From the NCBI RefSeq assembly GCF_006345805.1, contig NC_043016.1:5766001-5830000 (forward strand): a stretch of 64,000 bases of DNA, written 5' to 3'. Shown here piece after piece: positions 26,199 through 39,789 of the stretch. The DNA comes from Octopus sinensis (Eukaryota). The notes under the pieces are model-generated. The model was not told the DNA's origin. It saw only the letters and a program-made list of their open reading frames with translations, and searched no databases. Made by a program: the position numbers and the translations under genes. Numbering within the stretch: position 1 is the first letter of the stretch; the number at the start of each line of letters is the position of its first letter.

Positions 26199-26689
26199 CT
26201 GCAAGAACAGAATGAAAACAATGTATATATTATATATTATATTTTATAAGGTTGTAGTTAAAGACAATAGCAGTAGTGGTAGTAATAGAAATAGTAGTAT
26301 GGTAGGGAAGTGTCATGTGCTGTACCAGTGCGTCCACCATTTGTTGGTGATTCCCTACTATTCTTGGTAGATGATGCCTTTGCGCCACTCAAGTGCGCCA
26401 CCTTCCAACAAATTGACCTGTTTTGGGTAGTTGTTGCTGGTGAGGGTTTTAGGAGTGAAAATCCTACTTTAATCTCTTTTAGTCACCTTTTATAACATAC
26501 TGAGGAAATGGATCTATTCTTTGACATGTTGTCCTCACAAAACAGTATAATATATTTACATGTAATTTTGTGCATACATATGTGTATGTATGTATGTATC
26601 TATCTATCTATCTATCTAACTACCTATCTATCTTACTATCCAATTCTCTATCTATTTATCCATCTGTACATATATATATATATATATAT

Positions 26690-26897
26690 AGTTAATCCAA
26701 ACAAGAAAGAACAAAAAAAAAAACACAACAGCGCGAGGACGTGGAACAAATATAGTATTATTGGACGCTCAGGAAAGAAGGGAAGAAGGAGGGTTTAACA
26801 TTTCGAGCGGAGCTCTTCGTCGGAAACAAAGGAGAAGGAAAGATCCAGAGAAGGGAAGACAGGAAAAAAATTGCTGGCGGTGCTCACGAGGTCACAT
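26690..26897 (-). mobile_element. About 200-bp element carrying a minimal hammerhead motif, inserted in (TA)n
   Basis: GUUU-CCGACGA-A-GAGC-UCC-GCUC-GAAAU-GUU-AAAC at about 26794-26827; second copy at 34752-34965. Confidence 0.7.
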
Positions 26898-26907
26898 TTA
26901 TATATAC

Positions 26908-26948
<41 letters not shown>

Positions 26949-27238
26949 AAACAGTGTTATTAAATGATTTGTAGTATTTTTTTACCTTTTTCTTTTTGTT
27001 AAAACTTCAAAATGCTCACTATGCATTTGCAAAGTTGTGTGTGTGTGTTGAATGTGTGTGTGAGTGTGTGTGTATGTGGTGAGAAACTTAGAAGTTAATA
27101 AACGCCTGCAGACATATTCATTTCCAAACACATTCATTAGTCTGTTTTATGATTATTATTCTACCTTGAATAAAGAAGAAACATATGTGTGTACACGTTA
27201 GCTGATGGTGTGTGTGTGTGTGTGTGCATGTGTGTGTG

Positions 27239-27269
<31 letters not shown>

Positions 27270-28371
27270 ACATGTGTGATTTATTTTTAGATCTTACTGT
27301 TGTCATATTGAAAACACATCCAGCCCACATAAAAAAGATATTTTTTTCTTTTTAAATTGTTTTTTTCATGTTTCTTAAATCTACTCTTAAAGGACAATTA
27401 ATTTTATGCCTTCACATTCAAAATATGGTTGCTCTTTTAAACACTTTTAATAGCATGTTTCTAATGAAAAAAAGTGTTTTTATTAAATGAAAATAATTAA
27501 GAATTTGAAGGGATGGATTTAGTAAAATAGTTTATATTTATTGGTATATTATATTGTTGTATACTTTAGAAATGGTTCTCAGATATGAATAGTGGTTTAA
27601 AACAGGCAATTTTTGTAATATGGCATCAAAATGGTTTCATATGGATTGCCATTAAAAACAGTTAAGAATCTGAAACACTAAAATCTTCAGAAATAAAACA
27701 TTGTAACTAATGAGGATTATTTATTACTCTGGTACCAGATCCCAGATTTTTGGAAAGAGTTGACTTAAATTCACTGAATCAGTTCTCAGTACCTTCTTGA
27801 TATTTTATTGGTACTTGTTTATCAAGTGGGGAGTTGTAAAAGACAAAGTGAAGAACGTTGGGAGGATTTGAACTTCGAGTATAAAGTGTGAAACAAGCTT
27901 GGCACATTTCTATGACTCTACCGCCTTAACAACGACAGCGGCAACGACAACATTATTAAAAATCTATTTTTAAAAATAAAGCAAAATGATATTCCAGAAT
28001 TAAAGTGCCAACTGCTTTGTCAAAAATGGTTTCTAGTTTAGAAGAAGAAGAAACCAAAGAACTATTTTTAGATTTTTAAATCCTTTTGAAGAATAAATAT
28101 GACTTGGCGAGGCAAGATTGTATGGAATCAAGTGAGAAGAAGCAGAGAAGTAGGGGAGGTCTGAAGTCTGAGAGACATTTGAAATGAAGATGAAATGAAG
28201 AGCTGTCCAAATACATTATAATGAGAAAGATGAAATATCAGATATACTTCTATTTCTCTCAATAAAAACACACACATACAGAGTCACGCAAGCATAATAC
28301 ATACACATACTTTGCACTGTGTTATATACTACACAAGTCGTCTTTATAATAAACAATTTTGCTTGTTTGTA

Positions 28372-28408
<37 letters not shown>

Positions 28409-31400
28409 CACCATCACAGACACAAATATAAACATAAATACATGAAAAGAAACATACATTAAATCATAGAAACATACAGAGATAATGCATGCAATCAAAG
28501 GCCCCTGCATCCAGGGATCAAAAACTATTCTATGTTGTGTATGTAGGAGTCCAGTGCTTTGCTTCACCAAGGGGCCTGTTATGTTAAGAAAGCCTTGACT
28601 ATAGGGGGTTATCTTTCGTTATTGTTCTTTTTAACCAGAGGTGAGCCTTAATTGAGAAGGTTAAGTGTTTCTTGTATTATATTGTGATGATGATGATGGA
28701 GAATGACAATAGGAGCCCTTATTATAGACCGACAGAAGTGTTAGGGACTTGTTAGAGATAAAATACTTTGCAGAAATTGTTCCACCTCTTTATGTACTGA
28801 ATTCAAACCCAACTGGGGTGGCGAGGGTAGACCTACTTTGCTTTTCATCCCTTCAGGGTCAATAAAATCAAGTACCAGTCATATACTGGAGTTGAGAGAA
28901 TTGACTAATCTTCCCCAATGACCTTCAAAATTGCTGGTTTAAACCAGCCTTCATCCTTTCTATACATTCAGGGGTCCAAAATTAATGTTGTGTATGTAGA
29001 ATCCCAAGGATTCCTTGGAAGCCTGTAATGATGAGGCCCTGACTATAAGGGTTATCTTTTGATATTGTACTTTTTATCAAAAGTCAACCTTAATTTTGTA
29101 TGTACAGGAGAAAGGATTATTATTTTTATTATCATCATTATTGTTGTTGCTGTTATGTGGTGGTGGTGGTGGTGCATAGCAGATTTAATGAAACAACAAA
29201 TTAAAAGCCACATGTAGGTATGTTCTTTTACATTCTGAGTTCAAATCTTTTATGGTGCACACCTTTTCCATCATGGAGTATACATAAAGCACTAGTCAAG
29301 AAATTTGACAGTAATAAACACCCTCCAAAATCCATGGTCTTGTGCCTGTCATTAATAATGTTCCCTTATGGCAAATATCATATGAACAGTCAAGATGTGA
29401 CAGAGACATACTCTGTCATGTTTCTAGTCATATCTCTTCCTATATTTTAAGTTATGCCTTCAGTTTTGACTTTACTCATGTCTTTAATCATATCTTTAGT
29501 TATGCTTAAGGCTATGTCTTTAGTTATATCTTGCCTTTCTATTCCTTGTAGGATGACTGGGAAAGATGACCCTGGTGGGTTCTAAGTTCAGATTCCACAG
29601 AAGTCAACTTTAACATCCACTCCTTCAGGTTCAATAAAATGAAATATAAGTGAAGTACTGAGATTGACTTAGTTAATTAACCACTTGGCCTAATTTCCAG
29701 GTCTTTTGCTGATATCAAAAATTGAATGCATTATTTCAGTCCAAATATTTCAAGTTAGCTTATGATCCTTCATCTTACATGTCTGTATAAATGGTTAACA
29801 GTGGTGTAGATGGATATATTCTCCATTTAGTAGTATCAACATTTTTCAATAATGTTTTAGCTGCTCTCAAACACTTTAACCATTGACAACAGCAGCTTAT
29901 CTTAGATAAGAATTCATGATGTTTCAAATACCTACACAGTTACAAAGGTATATTTTTCTGTAACAACTCTAAAGAGTACTTAAGGAAGAAAGATGTCTGT
30001 TTATTGACTAAAAATTAATTAAGGACAACAACGATGATGGTGATAATGATAGCAATCATCGTCATTATTATTATTATTAGTGAGAGACAATTTATATATC
30101 TGTATGCCATGTTCTTTCCACAGAAGTTTGAATGTCACATGAAAAGTTAGAATACAAATATGATAAAGATAGATTATTAATAACAAATACATCTAAAAGA
30201 GCACATCCTTAAGATGGTGTTTATCAATACTTAATGTCTCAAAAAATGCATACTGGTACATTTAGCTGCACTTGGTTAGCAGATAGTCATAGATTCCTAA
30301 ATCAAACATATGCAGTAATCTTTTATGTTTTAATTCTTTTTAATTAGATCTTGTTTTGACTATTGTATGTTTTATTGTACTCATTCATTTATTTCCATCA
30401 AATATTTGTACTCTCGTTCTCTTAATATATCCATTCATAAACTGTATAATGTCCTTCATTTTTTCCTTTTCATATTTGTAAACTTGTCTTTCACACAAAA
30501 CTTTTTCTTTTTTTTTGTAATCCCAATTTTCATATATTTTGCATTTCTTCAAGCCTTTGTGGCTTATAAAAGATTGCCGCCACCACCACCACCACCACCA
30601 CCACTACTACTACATTGAATTATACAAGGCAGTGAGCTAGCAGAATTGTTAGCATGCCAGACAAAAAGCTTAGGGGCAGTGTAATTGTCTTTACATTCAG
30701 AGTTCAAATTCTGCCAAAATTGACTTTGTCTCCCATCTTTTCAGCATTGATGAAATAAGCACCAGCTGAGCACTTGCATTGATGTAATTGACTACCCCAC
30801 CCTCCCCTCAAATTTCAGGCCATGTGCCTGAATTGAATATAATTATTTATAATTTTGACACAAAGCCAAAAATTTTAAATTGTGGGGCTTGCTAATATGA
30901 ACAACATTGCTCACTCAAAACATTTAACTGATGATGGATCAGCTCAACTATATACAAACAGACATCAGACAGAAGTGGTATGGCTCTCTAGTGCAGGTAG
31001 TGGGACCACTGTACACTTAACAAGTGTTCTATTACTTGTGGTGCCATGTTTGAGTTCCCCAATCCTGACTACTTTCTGTGGGTATCAAAAAAAAAAAAAC
31101 TTGTCTATTTATTCCCCATAGTTGATCTTTAAAGACAGTTGGCAGGAAAACATATGAAGTGACTACTAAATCATATTTTTGTTTTTAAACTTGAAGTACT
31201 GGACTCTGTGTATGTGTGGTTGTTATTGTTTTTTAACCCCAGAACCCAACTGAGTTGACCTTATGGTCAAAACCATTGCAGTCTGGATATTCCCATCATT
31301 TATTTTTTCAATATATAGAGCAGCTATCTCTGTCCAATAATCCTTCCTGTGTTAAGATGGTAAGGATGTGATACAAAGGAATCTGGTTGCAATTGCTAGG

Positions 31401-32546
31401 TTCAGCAATCAGATAGATGCTTCTCAATGTAAGAGAGAGAGCAAAAGAAGATGACAGTACATATGCTGTTGAATTAATTTATTATTTTCCACCGTCCAGA
31501 GCGTGATCGTTGCCAGAGTGACTATCTGACCTCCATGCTGGTGGCACGTAAAAGACAACATGCAAGCGTGATCGTTACCAGCATCGCCTTACTGGCACCT
31601 GTGCTGGTGGCATGAGTAGAAGATTCGAGCGAGGTCATTGCCAGTACCGCTTGACTGGCCCCGTGCCAATGGCACGTAAAAGTACCCACTACACTCTCAG
31701 AGTGGTTGGTGTTAGGAAGAGCATCCAGCTGTAGAAACTCTGCCAGATCAAGATTGAAGCCTGGTGCAGCCATCTGGTTCTCCAGCCCTCAGTCATTTGT
31801 CCAACCCATGCTAGCATGGAAAGCGGACGTTAAATGATGAATGATGACAAGCACACACGTACATGTGCATGTGTGTGTGTGTGTGTTTGTATGCATACAC
31901 ACACACACACACTCCTATGAGAGCACACACGCACACACATACATGTAAAATCCTTTTCACAATATCCCTCACCCTGAAGCTTTATAAACAAAAATAATTT
32001 TCCTTGGACAATAACAGTAACAACAACAATTATAAACAATAACGAAAAAAAAAACCAGGAAAAATAAGTTAGTTCTGGAAAACAGCTACCCCTTACCACC
32101 CCTATCTCAACCCCATACTCACCACTATTTTTTTTTTTCCTTAGGAAGTAGTAGAAGGAGGGTAGTGAAGGAGGATTGTCCCCAGTTGAAAAGGGAAGGT
32201 GTTGTTCTTTGTATCCCTTCAAATCCTCCTGGGCTTCAGACAGTTATTCAAGGTTTAATAATTCCTTTGAGGTACTGTAAACTGTAACAGACTGTCAGGA
32301 GCCAGGGAATTTAGAGACAGGGAGAGAGGGGTGGAAGGACTGTATGAATTGAAGCACATGAAATAGAGGGGTAGATATCTTGTAGATGCCTTGTCTGAGG
32401 TGAGTAGTAAAAGCAGTGTGGTGGTGGTAGTGGTGGTGGTGATGGTAGTGGTGGTAGAAACAGTAGTGGTAACAGTTGGAGGAAGTGAAATGAGAGAGAG
32501 GATTAAAGAAGGATATAAAGAAAATAACAGAATAAGATGACAACAG

Positions 32547-33225
32547 AAAGAAGACAGATGAAAGATGACAGACGAAAGATGATGGATGAAAGATGACCAA
32601 CGAAAGATGACAGACGAAAGATGACGGACGAAAGATGATGGACGAAAGATGACGGACGAAAGATGATGGACGAAAGATGATGGACGAAAGATGACGGACA
32701 AAAGATGACTGACGAAAGATGACGGACGAAAGATGATGGACGAAAGATGATGGATGAAAGATGACTGACGAAGATGACGGATGAAAGATGACGGATGAAA
32801 GATGACTGACGAAAGATGACGGACGAAAGATGACGGACGAAAGATGATGGACGAAAGATGACGGACGAAAGATGATGGACGAAAGATGATGGACGAAAGA
32901 TGACGGATGAAAGATGACGGATGAAAGATGACTGACGAAAGATGACGGACGAAAGATGATGGACAAAAGATGATGGACGAAAGATGACGGATGAAAGATG
33001 ACTGACGAAAGATGACGGACGAAAGATGATGGACGAAAGATGACGGATGAAAGATGACTGACGAAAGATGACGGACGAAAGATGACGGACGAAAGGTGAC
33101 GGATGAAAGATGACGGATGAAAGATGATGGATGAAAGATGATGGACGAAAGATGACGGACGAAAGATGACGGATGAAAGATGATGGACGAAAGATGACAG
33201 ATGAAAGATGGCAGAAGAAAGATGA
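32547..33225. repeat. 14-bp minisatellite (GAAAGATGAYGGAY), roughly 45-50 units
   Basis: Directly visible; variants ACGGAC, ATGGAC, ACTGAC, ACGGAT. Confidence 0.97.
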
Positions 33226-33739
33226 GTGAAAAAATATATGAGAAAGAAGGAAGATGATAGGAGAGAAGAAGAAAGAAAGAAAACATTGAAACAGAGTGAC
33301 AAGGTGAACAATGGCAGGGAAATAATGAAACAAAACAAACAAAACAAAAATCAAGAAAAAAGAACATGGAAACATTTAAAAGAAATTTGAAAAATAAAAC
33401 ATGGATGATGATGATGATGATGATGATATGGATAGCAAAGTGAATAAATGCTCCTTTCAGTTTAGTAGAAATAACATATATACACAAACATATAAATCTG
33501 CATGTACATATATACATATACACACGCCTATATACATATATATATATTCAGTTATATACATACAAATGCATGTACACATATTTACATACACACAGATATA
33601 TCTAGATACTTATATGTGCGTGTATACATACAAATACTTATATAGATGTATGTATATGGACATACACATTAATTTTGTCTTAAAAGAAATGGCTATTTTC
33701 CATATATATACATATATATATACATATATGTATGTACTC

Positions 33740-34133
33740 TTTTACTCTTTTACTTGTTTCAGTCATTTGACTGCGGCCATGCTGGAGCACCACCTTTAGT
33801 CGAGCAAATCAACCCCAGGACTTATTCTTTGTAAGCCTAGTACTTATTCTATCGGTCTTTTTTGCCGAACCGCTAAGTTACAGGACGTAAACACACCACC
33901 ATCGGTTGTCAACGATGTTGGAGGAACAAACACTGACACACAAACTCACACACGCACATATATATATATATACATATATACGACAGTTTCCGTCTACCAA
34001 ATCCACTCACAAGGCTTTGGTCGGCCCGAGGCTATAGTAGAAGACACTTGCCCAAGATGCCACGTAGTGGGACTGAACCCGAAACCATGTGGTTGGTTAG
34101 CAAGCTACTTACCACACAGCCACTCCTGTGCCT
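33740..34133 (-). mobile_element. SINE family A (full length)
   Basis: tRNA-like head with A box TGGCTGTGTGG and B box GGTTCAGTCCC, internal (CA/TA)n, tail GACTGAAACAAGTAAAAGAGTAAAAGAGTA. Confidence 0.88.
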
Positions 34134-34431
34134 ATATGTATGTATATATATATAATATGTGTAACAGTAGAGGTACAGTTGTCAATCCTTTACAGCTGTT
34201 TCTAACTTCTCCTTTAATTGGTTAATGAAAACATTATTATATCATTGTAGAGAAACTGCTTTTGTCATATAAATTCATGAAATTCAAAATAAAGGATATT
34301 CAGAATGATTTAACAAAGTTTAAAATCCACAGGCCAAAAACATTTACAGTGATTCTCTAAAGAACTGCCTCAATTTAAGTACCTAATTCAAGTGAATCTT
34401 ATACACACCACACACACACACACATATATAT

Positions 34432-34740
34432 ATCACGTGATCACGTGACCGACCAGACCATCAGATGTTGTTACACATCGCTGGTCACAATGCGTTCGCA
34501 TTGTTTTAGCCTTCGAATGACGCCACCCCGCTGGCTAAGCGAGCAGGCCAATAGAAGAAAGAGTGAGAGAAACAGTGGTGAAAGAGTACAGCAGGGATCA
34601 CCACCCCCTGCTGGAGCTTCGTGGAGCTTTTTAAGGTGTTTTCGCTCAATAAACACTCACAACGCCTGGTATGGGAATCGAAACCGCGATCCTACGACCG
34701 CGAGTCCGCTGCCCTAATCACTGGGCCATTGCGCTTCCAC
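34432..34740 (-). mobile_element. tRNA-derived SINE family C (full length) with RTE-like 3' tail
   Basis: Head TGGCCCAGTGATTAGG...GGTTTCGATTCCC; tail GTGACCAGCG...CTGGTCGGTCACGTGATCACGTGAT. Confidence 0.85.
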
Positions 34741-34751
34741 ACATACATATA

Positions 34752-34965
34752 TAGTTAATCCAAACATGAAAACACAAAGAGTAAACACAACAACGTGAGG
34801 ACATGGAACAAGTATAGTATTATTGGACGCTCAGGAAGGAAGGGAAGAAGGAGGGTTTAACGTTTCGAGCGGAGCTCTTCGTCAGAAATATAGAAAAATA
34901 GGAAAAGTCCAAGGAAGGGAAGACGGAGGAAAGAAAATCGCCAACAGTACACATGCGGTCACATT
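34752..34965 (-). mobile_element. Second copy of the about 200-bp hammerhead-bearing element
   Basis: UUU-CUGACGA-A-GAGC-UCC-GCUC-GAAAC-GUU-AAA at about 34855-34889; canonical core. Confidence 0.75.
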
Positions 34966-34999
34966 ACACATATACACAGATGCATACACACACACACAT

Positions 35000-36060
35000 A
35001 CCATCATTTTACATTTGTTTTCCATGTTGGCATGGGTTACATGATTTGCTTGAACCCAAGTCACCTTGCTGATAGCATCCCTGTATATGACTTTCACATT
35101 TCTCATATCCCAATCATGTATTCCTAGCTTTCTCAAAGAACACTTGATCATAGAGTAGGAAACCCTATTAAAGACTTTCTGTCGACCAACAAATGCAAGA
35201 TAGAGGATCCTGTTCTTAGAAAAAAAAAACTCATAATTCTGCATCTGTCTCACAGAGAAGACAACAGCAGTAATACTTCCATGCACAAAAATCAAACAAA
35301 TTTGCATCTCTATATAATTCTCTCTTTCTAATCAACTTTTTTTTAGTAACCTTCATAATCTGAGCCAACATTTCAATTTAATGAATTGCCTTTGCACTTT
35401 GCAGTAGTTGACAATGATGCAGCTACACAAGTCACTGGGCCATGACACATGCCTGTACCACATAATTTGCTTAGAGTGACCAGACCATATCCCACTCAGC
35501 TGAATACTGAATGCATCTCAATTGTGTGATGATACCTGATGGAATGAGTGCCTTACTTGCTTTCCTGTCTTCATGTCCTTAATCACTCTATCCACACCAT
35601 ACAGCTATCAATTTGGATGGCTGGTTCCTCTGTTGGGTTACTTGATGGGTAGACACTCTTTCTCCTGTGCATTCTCTTCAATCAAAAGCCACTTGTAATA
35701 GCAACCCCAGCTCTCCACCACACTGTCCCATTTTCAGTCTCAATTATAGAAAGTCTGCTGTCATCTTTTTGTACATACATTTCGCTAACGACGTATTAAT
35801 TTTCTCTCACACTGCTTTGCAATCCAGACTGCCTAATATGCCTCTGATCCTCAAGCCATAGAACGTTGACAAATTTCATACTCTGGGATTCTTCTGTAGA
35901 TGTCTTGCTTCTCCTTTTGCAACTTGGTATAGCTCTTTGCTGTCTCCTTTCTTCCTGTTTTTCCAACTCTTGATAACCTTTATAAACCGATCTACAGAGC
36001 TGTTTCACTACCATGTTACTCTCTCTGTGGTTAAGACCCTCTCCTAGTCAGGTTTCTATG
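35000..36060 (-). mobile_element. Heavily degraded RTE LINE, N-terminal RT region
   Basis: LYLAFVGRQKVFNRV...LRKLGI resembles LYLAFVDLEKAFDRV; many stops and frameshifts; 3' tail remnant at about 35002-35045. Confidence 0.65.
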
Positions 36061-36249
36061 AGATTATCCATTGAGGTTCAGTCATTCTCAATAGATTATT
36101 CTATAGAAACTCCCAATTGTTGTCTACATTATTATTTCTACCTTCTCCTCTACCTTGTTATATAAATCCCTTAATATTTCTCTTAGTTCAACATCCACCA
36201 AGGTCTACTTTCCCCTTCATCTTTTTGGGGGTCAATAAAATAAATAGCA

Positions 36250-36480
36250 ATTTCTTTACTACCCACAAGGGGCTAAACACAGAGAGGACAAACAAGGACA
36301 GACAAATGGATTAAGTCGATTATATCGACCCCAGTGCGTAATTGGTACTTATTTAATCGACCCCAAAAGGATGAAAGGCAAAGTCGACCTCAGCGGAATT
36401 TGAACTCAGAACGCACCGGCAGACGAAATACGGCTATGCATTTCGCCCGGCGTGATAACGTTTCTGCCAGCTCGCCACCT
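36250..36480 (-). mobile_element. SINE family B inserted into an older SINE
   Basis: Duplication CAATAAAATAAATA at 36233-36246 and 36482-36495 brackets the insertion. Confidence 0.88.
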
Positions 36481-36628
36481 ACAATAAAATAAATACCAGT
36501 TGAGCACTGGGGTGGATGTAATCAACAATATCCCTTCCCAGAAGTTGCTGGCCCTGTGCCAAATCTGAAATCAATATTTCTCTGAACCTGCTGATTGATT
36601 ACATCTTCAACTACACACAGATTACTGG

Positions 36629-36832
36629 AAATGTGAGTCTTCTGGTTATAATGTATACAAAGATACTCAAACACTTATATCTATTGAGACTTGTAAATTA
36701 TTGCTTCTGGTCCATCAACAGAAATTTAAATGTGAGTCTTCTGGTTATAATGTATACAAAGATACTCAAACACTTTTATCTATTGAGACTTGTAAATTAT
36801 TGCTTCTGGTCCATCAACAGAAATTTAAATGT
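36629..36832. repeat. 99-bp tandem duplication (2 copies)
   Basis: Units start at 36629 and 36728; AAATGT microhomology at all three junctions; one visible mismatch. Confidence 0.92.
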
Positions 36833-36917
36833 ATGTGTGTCGTTATTTAACATGGTGGCATGAATTGAAAAGTTTGACAGAATCTGGTGAGCCACAAGAC
36901 TACATCTAGCTCTGGTA

Positions 36918-37138
36918 CTGGCAGAATCGTTAGCACGCCGAGCGAAATGCTTAGCGGTATTTCATCTGCCGCTACGTTCCGAGTTCAAATTCCACCGTGG
37001 TCGACTTTGCCTTTCATCCTTTCGGGGTAGATAAATTAAGTACCAGTTACACACTGGGTCGATATAATTGACTTAATCCCTTTGTCTGTCCTTGTTTGTC
37101 CTCTCTGTGTTTAGCCCCTTGTGGGTAGTAAAGAAATA
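36918..37138 (+). mobile_element. SINE family B
   Basis: Reverse complement of 36250-36470. Confidence 0.88.
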
Positions 37139-38952
37139 GGTATTAGCTTTGGCATGGTTTCTGTAACTGCTTGCCTTTCCTAATATGAACCATTTTACAG
37201 AGGGTACTGGATATTTTTTATGTGGCACCAGCACAAGTGAGATTGCTAAGTTGTAAAGTAGATGAAACACAGAGAGAGGAAAAGGAAAAAGCTTCCACTA
37301 CTACATGGGGAGTACATAAGAGGGGAAGGTGGCTTTGTACCACTTTATAAATATATGCACACACACACACACAAAAAACTTCATTCAAATGCTGCATGCA
37401 CCATTGATTGCATTATTTACCACATACACCCTCTCCCCATGCAGACATAATCCTAGTAAGAGACAGAGAAGAAGAGATGATGAAATGCATGCATATAAAC
37501 ACTACACAAGATCACACATCTCTCCATACACACACACACACACACACACATACATTGTAAAAAAAAAAAAACTAGGTTTATATCAGAGAAAAATATAATT
37601 AAAAATAAACAAACAAATGCTAATAGTTTATAATACAAAGAGATTTGTATGTTGTGAAGTGGAGTCATTCATCATTCTCAGAAATATACTCAACAACTGT
37701 TGAAACAGTTGCAACATTAATATCACAAACATTACTGGCACGTGTAAAAAGATTCGAGCGAGGTCATTGCCAGTACCACCTGACTGGCCCCCGTGCAGGT
37801 GGCACATAAAAAGCACCCACTACACTCTCAGAGTGGTTGGTGTTAGGAAGGGCATCCAGCTGTAGAAACTCTGCCAGATCAAGATTGGAGCCTGGTACAG
37901 CCATCTGGTTCGCCAGTCCTCAGTCAAAATCGTCCAACCCATGCTAGCATGGAAAGCAGCAGTTAAATGATGATGATGATGATTTATCAGAATCTCTCAT
38001 TATTTTATAATGAGCAGGTCACTATTGTTTGAAGCATTTTTTTTTTTTTAGTATTTGTTCTGTTTACAGCTTAATCAGAGGAGATGGGTAGTACCTAATT
38101 AATGGGTAATAAGGAAGCAAGATAGCAGCACCTAGTGGCCAGTTTATACAAAGTCTCTGACAAAGGGTGAAGAAGAAAGTGAGAAAAAGGAATGATGGCT
38201 TGTTAGTTACCCTAACATTGAAGAGACTTCATCTCAGTAGTAGTAATAGAGTGAACTCTATCAAGAGTACCCAAGGGAACAGGTGGTGGTGTTAAACTGG
38301 CTGACCACATTAAGTTGGTCACTGCACACAGATCTTTGACTTCTTGTATGTTCCTTACTTGTATGTTTTACTTCAATGGTTTTATTTTTATTTAACTGAA
38401 ATCAATTTTGGGGGCACACATGACCCTCCTCCTCCTCTCTCTCATCATCATCGTCATCATCATCATCGTAATGTCCACTTTTCTATGCTCACATGAGTCA
38501 GATGAAATTCAGAGACAAATTTTGTGTACCTGGATGCCCTTTCTGTCACCAACCCTCAATGGTTTCCAAGCACACACTATATATATGATGGGTTTCTTTC
38601 TTTAGCTTTTGTCTACCAAACTCACCTGTGAAGCTTTGGTTGGTCTGAAGCTATTGCAAAAGATACTTGCCCAAGGTGCTGTGCAGTGGGACTAAATCTG
38701 AAACTTACACTCTATAAAGTGGTCAGTCATAGGATGGGTTTCTCACTGCAGAAATCAGGCAAAAAGCATGAGCTTAACACAGTCCTCTGGCTTGTTGGCT
38801 CCTGATATACCATCTAGTCCATGCCAGCAAGGGAAATGGATGTTAAATAATGATAACAATTATTTATATATATACACACATACATAAACAATGTAAAAGT
38901 GTGTTGTGACTGGTGATGTGTAACAATACCTGATAGCCTGATCAGTCATGTA

Positions 38953-38979
<27 letters not shown>

Positions 38980-38984
<5 letters not shown>

Positions 38985-39193
38985 AACAGCCTTCCCTCTC
39001 CACACCACCAATCTTATCCAAGGGAAAGGCAAAGGGACCGATACAGCTTGGTACCAGTGACGTCGCAACTCATTTCTACAGCTGAGTGAACTGGAGCAAT
39101 GTGAAATTAAGTGTTTTGCTCAAGAACACAACACACAGCCCTTGAACTCACTACCTCATGATTGTAAGCCTGATGCACTATCCACTGAGCCAT
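38980..39193 (-). mobile_element. tRNA-derived SINE family D fragment
   Basis: TGGCTCAGTGG...GAGTTCAA, then TTCTTGAGCAAAACACTTAA...TTGCTCCAGTTCACTCAGCTGTA; related plus-strand copy at about 62190-62345. Confidence 0.65.
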
Positions 39194-39196
39194 ATA

Positions 39197-39237
<41 letters not shown>

Positions 39238-39789
39238 TAATAAATCTTAGGACAGCAAAAATTTATAGAAAAATTCTTGCTACCAGTGGTCTAGCAAGAA
39301 GGAAAAAATTAGTCAATAGACTATATATTATTCATAGAAAAATAGGACATCTGAGTCAGATGTCCTATCATGGCCATCTCTTATGTGTTTAAATGTACAC
39401 TGTATTTATATATATATATATATATATTATCTTGGTTCATGGGAAAGAGCAGGATAAAAAAAAATTGAGAAACACAGTTACCAATAATTCGTAATTAAAT
39501 ACAAACAATTTTAATGATTACATTAACAAATGTAATGTTATACTTCAATAATATGTTGTAGGTGAGAAGCTTCCCTTTCATGCAAATAAATATCCAGTAC
39601 ATTTTAAACTAGAATCAATTTGTTGCACTGGTTAACTTTGATACACTGAACTTCTGTATTATAGATAATTTATTTATTTACCATGTTTTTTTTGTGTGTG
39701 TGAGGAGAGGGAATGTGGCCAATACATTAGAGTTAAGGTTATTTTTGCCTATGTTTTTATATCATTCACTTTTATCAGTCATTAGAAGC

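Noticed and set aside
32547-33225. CRISPR-like regular repeat
   Set aside because: Contiguous tandem units with no unique spacers, no cas genes, eukaryotic context
32255-33523. Long ORFs of 422, 350 and 290 aa on the minus strand
   Set aside because: Artefacts of the stop-free 14-bp minisatellite; low-complexity translation
34665-34740. tRNA genes (also about 50199-50275, 55618-55710, 54850-54912)
   Set aside because: A/B boxes are present but there is no complete cloverleaf, and each continues into a repeat body, so these are tRNA-derived heads
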